This document shows positions 25,680 through 37,100 of a stretch of 64,000 nt of DNA, in pieces. Below the pieces are notes generated by a model. The model made no database searches and was not told the origin of the DNA. It saw nothing but the letters and a program-made list of their open reading frames with translations. A program made the translations under genes and the position numbers. This DNA comes from Mobula hypostoma. Lineage: Eukaryota. Every line of letters starts with the position of its first letter. Within the stretch, counting starts at the first letter, position 1. The stretch lies in assembly GCF_963921235.1 (NCBI RefSeq), contig NC_086108.1:4402001-4466000 (forward strand), given 5' to 3'.

Positions 25680-28600
25680 CGGTGTTCTGGCTGTCAGTTG
25701 TGGGATTCCCAGGTGGACCGAGATGCAGCTGCTTAGAGACCGTATTAGGGACCTGGAGCTGTACCTCAATGATCTTCGGTTTGTTAGGGAAAGTGAGGAG
25801 GTGATAGACAGGAGCTACAAGGAGGTAGTCACTCCAGGGCTACAGGAGACAGGTAAGTGGGTGACTGTCAGGAGAGGGAAGGGGGAATGTCAGATACTGA
25901 AGAGGACCCCTGTGGCTGTCCCCCTCAACAATGAGTACTCCATTTTGAGTACTGTTGGAGGTAATGACCTACCTGGGGGAAGCAACAGCGGCTCTGTCTC
26001 TGACACTGAGTGGCTCAGAAGGGTAGGGAACGGAAGAGGATGGCAGTAGCTGTAGGAGACTCTGTAGTCAGGGGGTCAGACAGGCGATTCTGTGAGTGCG
26101 AGAAGCAAACACGGATGGTAGTTTGCCTTCCAGGTACCAGGGTCCAAGTTGTTTCTGAACATATCCACAATATCCTGAAAAGAGGGGGAGAGCAGCCAGA
26201 TGTCATGGTACATATTGGTACCAACGACATAAGAAGAAAAAGGGAAGAGTTCCTGAAAAAAGAATACAGGGAGTTAGGAGGGAAGCTGAGAAGCAGGAGC
26301 TCAAAGGCAGTAATCTCGGATTGCTGCCTGTGCCATGCGACAGTGAGGAGGAATAGATTGAGATGGCAGATAAATGCGTGTCTGAAGAATTGGAGCGGGG
26401 AGGGGGGGATTCAGATTTCTGGATCACTGGGGCCTCTTCTGGGGCAGGTGTGACTTGTACAAAAGGGACGGGTTGCACTTGAACCTGAGGGAGACCAATA
26501 TCCTTGCGGGCAGATTTACTGGAGCTGTTGGAAGTGGTTTAACCACATATGGCAGGGAGATAGAGCTGCGGATGAGCCAGCAGGTTTACAAGTAGATGAT
26601 GGGTGTAAGATGAATGTAAGGAAAGACAAGCCAATGACTGGGTACAAATGCAGACAGAACGAAGAGTTAAATTGTACCACAGAGATAAAATTCAGAAGGG
26701 CAAACAATGCAGGACTGAAGGTGCTGTGTTTAAATGTGCGTGGCATTCGGGATAAGGTGGACGAACACATGGCGCAATTAGAGATTGGTCAGTATGATGT
26801 TGTGGGCATCATTGAGTTGTGGCTGAAAGATCATAGTTGGGAGCTTAACATCAAAGGATATACTGTGTATTGAAAGGACAGGCAGTAAGGCATAGGTGGT
26901 GGTGTGGTTCCGTTGGTAAGAGATGGAATTACATCTTTAGAAAGAGGTGACATACGGTCTGAGAATGTTGAAACTTTGTGGGTGGAGTGAAGAAAATGCA
27001 AGGGTGAAAAAAACAATTATGGAAATCACAAATAAATAAATAAAAATAGGCACCCGTTAGTCTCGTGAGACCATGGATTTGTACCTTGGAAGGTTTCCAG
27101 GGCACAGGCCTGGGCAAGGTTGTATGGAAGACCGGCAGTTGCCCATGCTGCAAGTCTCCCCTCTCCACGACACCAATGTTGTCCAAGGGAAGGGCATTGG
27201 GGCCGATACAGCTTGGCACCAGTGTCGTCGCAGAGCAATGTGTGGTTAAGTGCCTTGCTCAAGGACACACCATGCTGCCTCAGCTGAGGCTCGAACTAGC
27301 GACCTTCTAAACTGACGCCTTAACCACTTGGCCATGCGCCATCACAGGAAATCATATATAGGCCTCCAAATAGTAGCCAAGATGTGGGGTTGAGATTGCA
27401 AAGGGAGCTGGAAAAGGCTTGTAATAAGGGTAATGTCACAATTGTGTTGGGGGACTTCAATATGAAAAGGGACTGGGAAAACCAGGTTAGTGTTGGATCA
27501 CAAGAGAGGGATTTTGTTGAATACCTACGAGAAGCAGCTTGTGCTTGAGCTTACTAGGAGAAAGGCTGTCTCAGATTGGGTGTAGTGTAATAAACCAGAT
27601 TTTATTAAGGAGCTTAACGTAAAGGAACCCTTGGGAGGCAGTGATCATAATATGATTGAATTCATACTGCAGTTTGAGAGGGAGAAGCATAACTCAGTAT
27701 TGCAATGGAATAAAGGGAATTGCAGAGGTATGAGAGAGGAGCTTGCCCAGATGGATTGGAGGAGGATACTGGTGGGGATGTTAGCAGAATAGAGGTGTCT
27801 GAAGTTTCTAGGAATAGTTCACAAGGCGCAGATAGATACGTCCCACAGAAGAAGTAGTTCTCAAATGGCAGGGGTAGGCAACTATGGCTGACAAGGGAAA
27901 TTGAGGACAGCATAAAAGCCAAGGAAAGGGTATATAAGGTAGCAAAAGTGAGTGGAAAGTTGGATGATTGGCAAACTTTTAAAAACAAAAGGCAACTAGA
28001 AGGGAAAAGATGAATTATGAGGGCAAATTAGCCAATAATATAAAGCAGGATACTGAAGGTTTTTCAGTTATATAAAGAGATTGTATATTGGACCATGGAA
28101 AATGATGCTGGTAGGGTAGTAACAGGGGACAAAGAAAAATTGCAGATAAATTTGATAAGTACTTTGCTTCAGTCTTCACTGTGGAAGACACTCGCTGTAT
28201 GCCAGGAGGTCCGTGAGTGTCAGGGAGCAGGAGTGAGTGCCAATGTTCTTACAAAGGAAAAAGTGCTCGGCAAACTGAGAGGTCTTAAGGTGGATAAGTC
28301 ACCTAGGCCAGATGGACTGCATCCCAGAATCCTGAGAGAGGTTGCTGAAGAGATAACGGATGCATTGGTCCGGATCTTTCAAGAATCACTTGATTCTGGC
28401 ATGGTCCCAGAGGACTGGAAGATTGCAAATGTCACTCCACTCTTTAAGAAGGGAGGAAGGCAAAAGAGAGGAAATTATAGGCCAGTTAAACTAACCTCAA
28501 TGGTTGGGAAAGTGTTGGAGTCTATTATTAAGGTTTCAGGGTACTTGGAGACTAATGATAAAATAAGTCAAAGTCAACATGGTTTCTGTAAAGAGAAATT

Positions 28601-29830
28601 TCCCTGACAAATCTGTTAGAGTTTTTTGAGGAAGTAACAAGCAGGGTGAATAAAGGAGAGGCAGTGGATGTCACTTACATGGATTTTCAGAAGGTGTTTG
28701 TTAAGGTGCAACACATGAGGCTGCTTAACGATAAAAGCCCTTGGCATTACAGGAAAGATACTGGCACGGATAGAGGAATAGCTGACAGGCAGGAGGCAGT
28801 GAGAGGGAATAAAGGGGCCTTCGCTGGTTGGCTGCCAGTGACTAGTGGTGTTCCTCAGGGGACAGTATTGGGACTGCTACTTTTCACATTGTTTGTCAGT
28901 GATTTAGATAATGAAATTGAAGTTTGCAGATGATACGGATGGAGGGGTAAGTTGTTGCTGAGGAAGCAATGTGATTGCAGCAGGACTTCGATAAACTGGA
29001 AAAATGGGCAAAAAAGTGGCAGATGGAATACTGTTTTGGGAAATGTACGATAATGCATTTTGGTAAAAGAAACAATAGTGTGGACTATTATCTAAGTGGA
29101 GAGAAGGTTCAAACATCAGATGTACAAAGTGACTTGGGAGTCCTTGTGAAAGACTCCCAGAAGGTTAATTCACAGGTTGAGTCTGTGGTCCAATAAATCC
29201 AATGTTGGCATTTATTTCAAGAGGAATAGAATATAAGAGCAAGGAGATAATGCTGAATCTTTATGTTAGGCTGCACTTGGAGTATTGTCAATAGTTTTGG
29301 GTTCCAAATCAGAAAGGATGTGTTGTCATCGGAGAGAGCCCAGAGGAGGTTCACAAGGATGATTCCAGGAATGAAGGGGTTAACATATGAGGAGTGTTTG
29401 GCAGCTTTGGGCCTGTACTGACTGGAATGTAGGAGAATGCATGGTGATCTCATTGAAACCTACCGAATGTTGAAAGGACTTGTTAAGATGGATGTGGAGA
29501 GGATGTTTCCTATGGTCGGGGTATCCAGAACTAGAGGGCACAGCCTCAAAATTGAGGGGTGACCTTTTAGAACAGAAGTAAGGAGGAATTTTTTTTAGCC
29601 AAAGAGTGGTGAATCTGTGAAATGCTCTGTTCAGACTGCGGTGGAGGTCAAGTCCGTGGGTATATTTAAAGTAGAAGTCGATAGATTCCTAATTGGTCAG
29701 GGCTTCAAGGGATACAGTGAGAGAGCAGGTGTATGGGGTTGAATGAGATCCGGGATCAGCCATGGTGAGATGGCGGAGTGGATTCGATGGGCTGAATGGC
29801 CTAATTCTGCTCCTGTGTCTGATCTTGTGG
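25680..29830 (+). mobile_element. Near-full-length decayed CR1 LINE (ORF1 leucine zipper + SGNH esterase; ORF2 APE endonuclease + RT), interrupted by a SINE
   Basis: ORF1 motifs QLLRDRIRDLE, VGDSVVRGSD, CLPG, VHIGTND. ORF2 motifs CLNVRGIRDK, YDVVGIIELW, KSPRPDGLHPR, PEDWKIANVTPLFKKG, NYRPV, SGVPQG. There are many stops and frameshifts, and a CR1-type 3' UTR ends ~29830. Confidence 0.9.
27029..27346 (-). mobile_element. tRNA-derived SINE (same family as 19104-19397) inserted in CR1 ORF2
   Basis: Reverse complement of the 19104 SINE, with an 8-bp TSD GGAAATCA (27021-27028 / 27347-27354). Confidence 0.85.
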
Positions 29831-29914
29831 TGTAACACTTTACAGTACAGGCAACCCCGATTCAATTCCCATCACTGCCTGAAAGGTGCTTGTACGTTCT
29901 TCCCCTGACTGCGT

Positions 29915-30230
29915 GGAAATCTACCAATCTCTGCCCCAAATATACATAAAGACTTGGCCTCCACAGCTTCCTGTGGCAAAGAGTTTCACAGATTCACCAC
30001 TGTCTGGCTGAAGAGATTCCCCCTCATCTCTATTCCAAATGGACGTCCCTCTAATCTGAGGCTGTGTCTTCTGGTCTTAGATTCCCCCATCATAGGAAAC
30101 ATCCAATGCAAGTCCACTCCATCTGGGCTTTTCAACGTTCCATAGGTTTCAATGAGATTCCCTCTCATTCTTCTGAATTCCAGTGAGTGCAGGCCCAGAA
30201 CCATCAAACACTCCTCATAGAATAAGCCTA
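29915..30230 (-). mobile_element. CR1 LINE 3' fragment
   Basis: Minus-strand ORF reads LGLHSLEFRRMRGNLIETY...KTRRHSLRLEGRPF. Confidence 0.8.
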
Positions 30231-31134
30231 TATGGGAGGAAAAGGTTAGATTAATCTTAGAATAGGTTAGAGGGTCAGCACAACATTATGGGCCAAAGGG
30301 CCTGTACTGTTGTGCAAAACCAATTAAACTCGTAATTGAATGCCTAACTAAACTGATCCCTTCAGCCTACACATTGGCCATGTAGCCACAGACTTCACAC
30401 TCTGGTGCTAGTGACTGGTGTTGGTTTGCAGTCATCAGTATTTGGACCGCTACTTTTCACGGTATACGTTAGTGATCCAGAAGATGAAATTGATGGCTTT
30501 GAGGCCAAGTTTGCGTACAAAACAAAGATATGTGGAAGGGGCTGGTAGTGTTCAGGAAGCAGAAGGACTTGGGCTGATTAGGGGAATGGGCAAAGAAGTG
30601 GCAGATGGAATACTGTGTTGGCCATGCCCTTTGGTAGAAAGAATAAAGGTGTAGACTATTTTCTAAATGGGGAGTGAATTCTGAAATTGGAGGTGCAAAG
30701 GGAGTTCTCGTGCAGGCTTCTCTGAAGCATCATCTGTAGGTTGAGTCGATGGTAAGGAAGGGCAAATGTACTTTCAGAGAACTGGAATATAAGAGCAAGG
30801 ATGTAATGCTGAGGCTTTATAAGGCACTGCTCAGACCACACTTGGGGTGTTCTGGATGTCTTGTCTTCTGATTTCGGAACTCAGAGCCCTCCGATGCATT
30901 GCAGAAAGACATCACATGGAAAGATCGCAAACAGGAGAAGATCTGCTGATGCTGGAAATCTGAGCAACACACACAAAATGCTGGAGGAACTCAGCAGGCC
31001 ACGCAGCCTCTGGGAAAAAACGTACTGCCAAAGGGTCTCAGCCCGAAACGTTGACTGTACGGTTTTCCATAGATGCTGCCTGGCCTGCTGAGTTCCTCCG
31101 GCATTTTGCGCCAGTTACATGGAAGGATTGGCTA

Positions 31135-31500
31135 GGTTGGAAGAGAGTCCCAAAGACATTGGGCAGGGGTGGGAGAGAGTCCTGGGACATTGGGCAGGGG
31201 TGGGAGAGAGTCCTGGGACACTGGGCAGGGATTTGAGAGGGTCCCAAAGACATTGGGCAGGGGTGGGAGAGAGTCCTGGGACATTGGGCAGGGGTGGGAG
31301 AGAGTCCTGGGACACTGGGCAGGGATTTGAGAGGGTCCCAGGGACATTGGGCAGGAGTGGGAGAGAGTCCTGGGACATTGGGCAGGGGTGGGAGAGAGTC
31401 CTGGGACATCGGGCAGGGGTGGGAGAGAGTCCTGGGACACTGGGCAGGGATTTGAGAGGGTCCCAGGGACATTGGGCAGGGCTGGAAGAGAGTCCTGGAG
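31135..31500. repeat. 31-bp G-rich minisatellite; more diverged copies resume at 35065-35540
   Basis: Unit CCTGGGACATTGGGCAGGGGTGGGAGAGAGT with a 31-nt period (31181, 31212). Confidence 0.88.
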
Positions 31501-34500
31501 GCAATGGAGGTGGTGGTGCACGTCAGCACAAATGACTTCGGGAAGATGAGAGACATTTTGCAGCGTGACTTCAGAGAACTCGGAAGAAGTCTGAAAAGCA
31601 GGACCTCCAGGGTGGTTATCTTGGGTTTGCTTCCAGTTCCTCGTGCTGGAGAGGACATGAACAGGGAGACAGGGGATCTGAATGTGTGGCTGAGGAGCTG
31701 GTGCAGGAGGCAGGGATTTAGTTTCTTGGACCACTGGGATCTGTTTTGGGGTAAGGATGAATTGTACAGAAGGGACGGGTTGCACCTTAACAGATGGGGG
31801 ACGAGCGTTCTGGCAGGCAGATTAGCCACTGCTACACGGGTGTGATTAAACTAAGTAGTGGGGGGGGGGGACAAACTGGAAATATAAGAATGGAGTTAAA
31901 GGGAATGAGAGAATAAGAAAAGTTAAGAAAGACAACAGATTTGACGGGGCAGAAAGATCAGGAAAGGATAGGAGAGTATGGGCAAGTGCAAAAGGAATCG
32001 ATGTGAAAGGTGAGGGGAGTAAAAGTATTATTTTAAAAGGATTAAAAGTATTATATATGAATGCACGGAGTATAAGAAATGAAGTGGATGAGCTTGAGGC
32101 TCAGTTGGAAATTGGCAGGTATGATGTTGTGGGAATAACAGAGACATGGCTGCAAGAGGACCAGGGCTGGGAAATGAATATTCAGGAATATACAGACAGG
32201 TTGGCAGAGGGGGTGGGGTGGCTCTGTTGGTGAGGAATGAAATTCAGTCACTTGCGAGGGGGACATAGAATCAGGAGATGTAGAGTCAGTATGGATAGAA
32301 CTGAGAAACTAAGGGCAAAAAGACCCTGATGGGAGTTATCTACAGGCTCCCAAACAGTAGCCTGGATATAGGGTGCAAGTTAAATCAAGAGTTAAAATTG
32401 GCATGTCGCAAAGGTAATACTACGGTTGTTATGGGGGATTTTAACATGCAGGTAGACTGGGAAAATCAGGTTGGTAATGGACCCCAAGAAAGGGAGTTTG
32501 TGGAACGCCTCAGAGATGGATTCTTAGAGCAGCTTCTATTAGAGCCTACCAGGGAGAAGGCAATTCTGGATTTAGTGTTGTGTAATGAGCCAGATTTGAT
32601 AAGGGAACTCGAGGTAAAGGAGCCATTAGGAGGTAGTGACCATAATATGATAAGTTTTCAAATACAATTTGAGAGGGAGAAGGGAAGATCGGAAGTGTCA
32701 TTATTACAGTTGAACAAAGGGGACTATGGACACATGAGGGAGGAGCTGGCCAAAGTTGACTGGAAAGATACCCTAGCAGGGATGACAGTGGAACAACAAT
32801 GGCAGGTATCTCTGGGAATAATACAGAAGATGCAGGATCAGTTCATTCCAAAGAGGAAGAATGGTTCTAAGGGTAGTAAGGGGCAACCGTGGATGACAAG
32901 GACAGTATAAAAATAAAAGAGAGGAAGTATAACATAGCAAGGATGAGCTGGAAGCCAGAGGATTGGGAAACTTTTAAAAAGCAACAGAAGATAACTAAAA
33001 AGGCAATTCGGGGAGAAAAGATGAGGTATGAAGGTAAGCTAGCCAAGAATATAAAGGAGGATAGTAAAAGGTCCCGACGAAGGGTCTCGGCCTGAAACGT
33101 CGACTGCACCTCTTCCTAGAGATGCTGCCCGGCCTGCTGCGTTCACCAGCAACTTTTATGTGTGTTGCTTGAATTTCCAGCATCTGCAGATTTCCTGTTG
33201 TTTGCGAGGATAGTAAAAGCTTCTTTAGGTATGTGAAAAGGAGAAAATTAGTTAAAACCAAAGTTGGGCCGTTGAAGACAGAAGTGGGTGAATTTATTCT
33301 GGGGAACAAGGAAATGGCAGACGAGCTGAACAGGTACTTTGGATCTGTCTTCACTAGGGAAGACACAAACAGTCGCCCAGATGTAATAGTGGCCAGAGGA
33401 CCTAGGGTAACGGAGGAACTGAAGGAAATTCGCATTAGGCAGAAAATGGTGTTGGGTAAACTGATGGGACTGAAGGCTGATAAGTCCCCGGGACCTGATG
33501 GTCTGCATCCCAGGGTACTTAAGGAGGTGGCTCTAGAAATCGTGGATGCATTGGTAATCATTTTTCAATGTTCTATAGATTCAGGATCAGTTCCTGCGGA
33601 TTGGAGGGCAGCTAATGTTATCCCACTTTTTAAGAAAGGAGGGAGAGAGAGAACAGGCAATTATAGACCAGTTAGTCTGCCATCAGTGGTGGGGAAGATG
33701 CTGGAATCAATTATAAAAGATGAAATAGTGGCACATTTGGATAGCAGTGGCAGGATAGGTCCGAGTCAGCATGGATTTACGAAGGGGAAATCATGCTTGA
33801 CTAATCTTCTGGAATTTTTTTGAGGATGTAACTATGAAAATAGACATGAGAAAGCCAGTGGATGTAGTGTACCTGGACTTTCAGAAAGGTTTTGATAAGG
33901 TCCCACATAGGAGGTTAGTGTGGAAAATTAGAGCAAATGGTATTGGGGGTAGGGTACTGACATGGATAGAAAATTGGTTGGCTGACAGGAAGCAAAGAGT
34001 AAGGATTAACGGGTCCTTTTCAGAATGGCAGGCGGTGACCAGTGGGGTACCACAGGGCTCGGTGCTGGGACTGCAGCAATTTACAATATACATTAATGAT
34101 TCAGATGACGGGATTAAAATAACATAAGCAAATTTGCAGATGACACAAAGCTGGGTGGCAATGTGAAATGTGAGGAGGATGTTATGAGAATGCAGGGCGA
34201 CTTGGACAGGCTGGGTGAGTGGGCAGATGCATGACAGATGCAGATTAATGTGGATAAATGTGAGGTTATCCACTTTGGTGGCAAGAACAGGAAGGTAGAT
34301 TATTATCTAAATGGAGTCAAGTTAGGAAAAGGGGAAGTACAACGAGATCTGGGTGTCCTTGTTCATCAGTCACTGAAAGCAAGCATGCAGGTACAGCAGG
34401 CAGTGAAGAAAGCTAATGGCATGCTGGCCTTCATAACAAGGGGAATTGAGTATAGGAGCAAAGAGGTCCTTCTGCAGTTGTGCAGGGCCCTGGTGAGACC

Positions 34501-35061
34501 ACACCCGGAGTATTGTGTGCAGTTTTGGTCTCCAAATTTGAGGAAAGACATCCTTGCTATGGAGGGAGTGCAGCGTGGGTTCACTGGGTTAATTCCAGGG
34601 ATGGCGGGAATGTCATATGTTGGAAGATTGGAGCGACTGGGCTTGTATGCACTGGAATTTAGAAGGATGAGAGGGGATCTGATTGAAACATATAAGATTA
34701 TTAAGGGATTGGACACGCTAGAGGCAGGAAACATGTTCCCGATGTTGGGGGAGTCCAGAACCAGAGGCCACAGTTTAAGAATAAGGGGTAGGCCATTTAG
34801 AACAGAGTTGAGGAAAAACTTTTTCACCCAGAGGGTTGTGGATCTGTGGAATGCTCTGCCTCAGAAGGCAGTGGAGGCCAATTCTCTGGATGCTTTCAAG
34901 AAAGAGATGGATAGAGCTCTTAAAGATAGCGGAGTCAAGGGATATGGGGAGAAGGCAGGAAAAGGGTACTGATTGTGGATGATCAGCCATGATCACAGTG
35001 AATGGCAGTGCTGGCTCGAAAGGCCGAATGGCCTACTCCTGCACCTATTGTCTATTGTCTA
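31500..35061 (+). mobile_element. 5'-truncated CR1 LINE (end of ORF1 esterase plus disrupted ORF2)
   Basis: ORF1 motifs VVVHVSTND...RDGLHLN. ORF2 motifs YMNARSIRN, VGITETW, VMGDFN, GGSDH, KSPGPDGLHPR, QHGFTKGKSCLTNL, YLDFQK, SGVPQGSVLG, FADD. The tail is (CTATTGT)n. Stops and frameshifts are present. Confidence 0.93.
33071..33205 (+). mobile_element. 135-bp Penelope-like terminal-repeat insertion beginning with a minimal hammerhead motif, with 14-bp TSD
   Basis: TSD GAGGATAGTAAAAG at 33057-33070 and 33206-33219, splitting CR1 ORF2. The insert starts GTC-CCGACGA-AGGGTCTCGGCCT-GAAA-CG-TC-GAC. Confidence 0.8.
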
Positions 35062-35703
35062 ATAGCCAAAGGTGGAGGAGGGTCCTGAGGAGATTGGGAG
35101 AGGGTCCTGAGGAGATTGACCAGGACTGGCAAAGAGTCTCGGAGAGGGGGTGGGAGAGAGCTCCAGAGACATCAACTAGGAGTGTGAGCGAGCATCCTGA
35201 TTGGATTGGCTGGGAGTGGGAGAGGTCCTGGAGTGTTTAGTGAGGGTTCCAAAAGGTTTTGGGGAGAGGTGAGGGGGTTCCAGAGACATTGGGCAGGGGT
35301 TGGAGTGAGACCCTGAGACATTGGACAAGGGTGGGAGAGAGTCTCAGGGACATTGGACAGGAATGGGAGAAGGTCCCAGGGATATTGGACAGGAATGGGA
35401 GAAGGTCCAAGAGACATTAAGCAGGGGTAGGCAAGGGTCACTGGGATGTTGGGCAGGAGAGGGAGAGGATCCCAGAGGAACTGACAAGGGGTAGGAGAGG
35501 ATCCCCAAAGTATTGTTTGGGGGGTGGGAGTGAAGGTCCCGGAGGGACTGAGAGCATGGGTAGGTTTGAACACAAGGAGGATGATTTTAAAACTGTGGGT
35601 CTGATTGATGAAAGCCGGTCAACTGTTTGACTTTCAAACCTGAGCCGACCAGTGTTTGGGGCGCAGGAGTCCAGCGGTGGTCTGGAGTTGGTGGCCTAGT
35701 CTG

Positions 35704-36012
35704 CTGGAAGCGCACAGGCCTGTGTACCCTGGTCAAACACAAGCAGCTGAAAGTACACGGGTCTGTGTTCCCTGGTCAAACACAAACAGCTGGAAGCGTA
35801 CGGCTCTGTGTTCCCTGGTCAAACACAAGCAGCTGGAAGTACACGGGTCTGTGTTCCCTGGTCAAACACAAGCAGCTGGAAGCGCACGGGTCTGTGTACC
35901 CTGGTCAAACACAAGCAGCTGAAAGTACACGGGTCTGTGTTCCCTGGTCAAACACAAGCAGCTGGAAGCGCACGGGTCTGTGTTCCCTGGTCAAACACAA
36001 GCAGCTGGAAGT
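35704..36012. repeat. 43-bp minisatellite, about 7 copies
   Basis: Unit CTGGAAGCGCACGGGTCTGTGTTCCCTGGTCAAACACAAGCAG with starts at 35704, 35747 and 35790. Confidence 0.9.
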
Positions 36013-36574
36013 ACTTTGCACGGACAGACCCTGCTGTGCTGGGCGTGCCTGCCCCCCCTGGCTAAACACTCCCCCCACCCCCTCCCACACCTCTGCTGTT
36101 TCTGAGAGCCAGCACACTGCCTCTGGCTCACCCACACAATCTCACACTCAATTCTTCCCTGCGGGAAGATATTCCACCCACCCCCCAACCCGACAGGGAG
36201 CCGCTGGGCAGTAATCAGGCACACTTGTACACAGCAACTCAGCTGTCGGCACTGTAGTTACTTTTAACCCTTTCACAGCCCTCCCACCCTTCAGCACTGA
36301 CCTGAAACTAACTTACATCTGATGTTCTCAGAAATAATTTTATTCGCGTAGTTGAAGATTGGCTTTACTTGTCACTCGTACATCGACACATACAGTAGAA
36401 CGCGCCTTTTGGCGTCAATAAGCAATACGGTGTTCTGAAGTGTGATGGCAGAGGGAAGAAGCTGGCCCTAATCGTTGAGTGTCTCCTCCCTGATGGTAAT
36501 AACATGATTGGGGCGTGTCAGAGGCAGACAAAACTGGAGGAGAGCGCAGACTGTTCTGGAATGTTCTACAACTT

Positions 36575-37100
36575 GGTGTGAGAAGGCAAGGGTATAATGT
36601 TGAGGCTCCATAAGGCATTGGTCAGACCACACATGGAGTATTGTCAGCTGTTTTGGGCCCTTATCTAACGAATGATATGCTGACATTGGAGAGCTACAGT
36701 GGAGGTTCACGAAAATGATTCCGGTATTGAAAGTTTTCATCTGAGGAGCGTTTGATGGCGCTGGGCTATACGCACTGGAGTTTAGAAGAATGGGGGGGGG
36801 GATCTCATTCAAGCGTATCGAATGGTGAAAGGCCTAGATAGGGTGGATGTGGAGAAGATTTTTCCTATAGCGAGGAGTCTAAGACCAGAGGACACAGCCT
36901 CAGAATAGAGGGACGTCCATTTAGATTGGAGATGAGGAGGAACTTCTTTAGCTAGAAGGTGGTGAATGTGTGGAATTAATTGCCACAGGCGGCTGTGGAG
37001 GCCAAGTCACTGGGTATGTTTAAGGCAGAGGTTGATAGGTTCAAGAGTAGGCTTGATGGGCCTAATAGCCTAGTTCTGCTCCTATGTCTTATGGTCTAAG
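36575..37100 (+). mobile_element. Decayed CR1 3' fragment
   Basis: Similar to the 3' ends of the other CR1 copies (GTCAGACCACAC..GAGTATTG; GAGATGAGGAGGAACTTCTTTAGC; tail CTGCTCCTATGTCTTATGGTCT). Confidence 0.75.
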
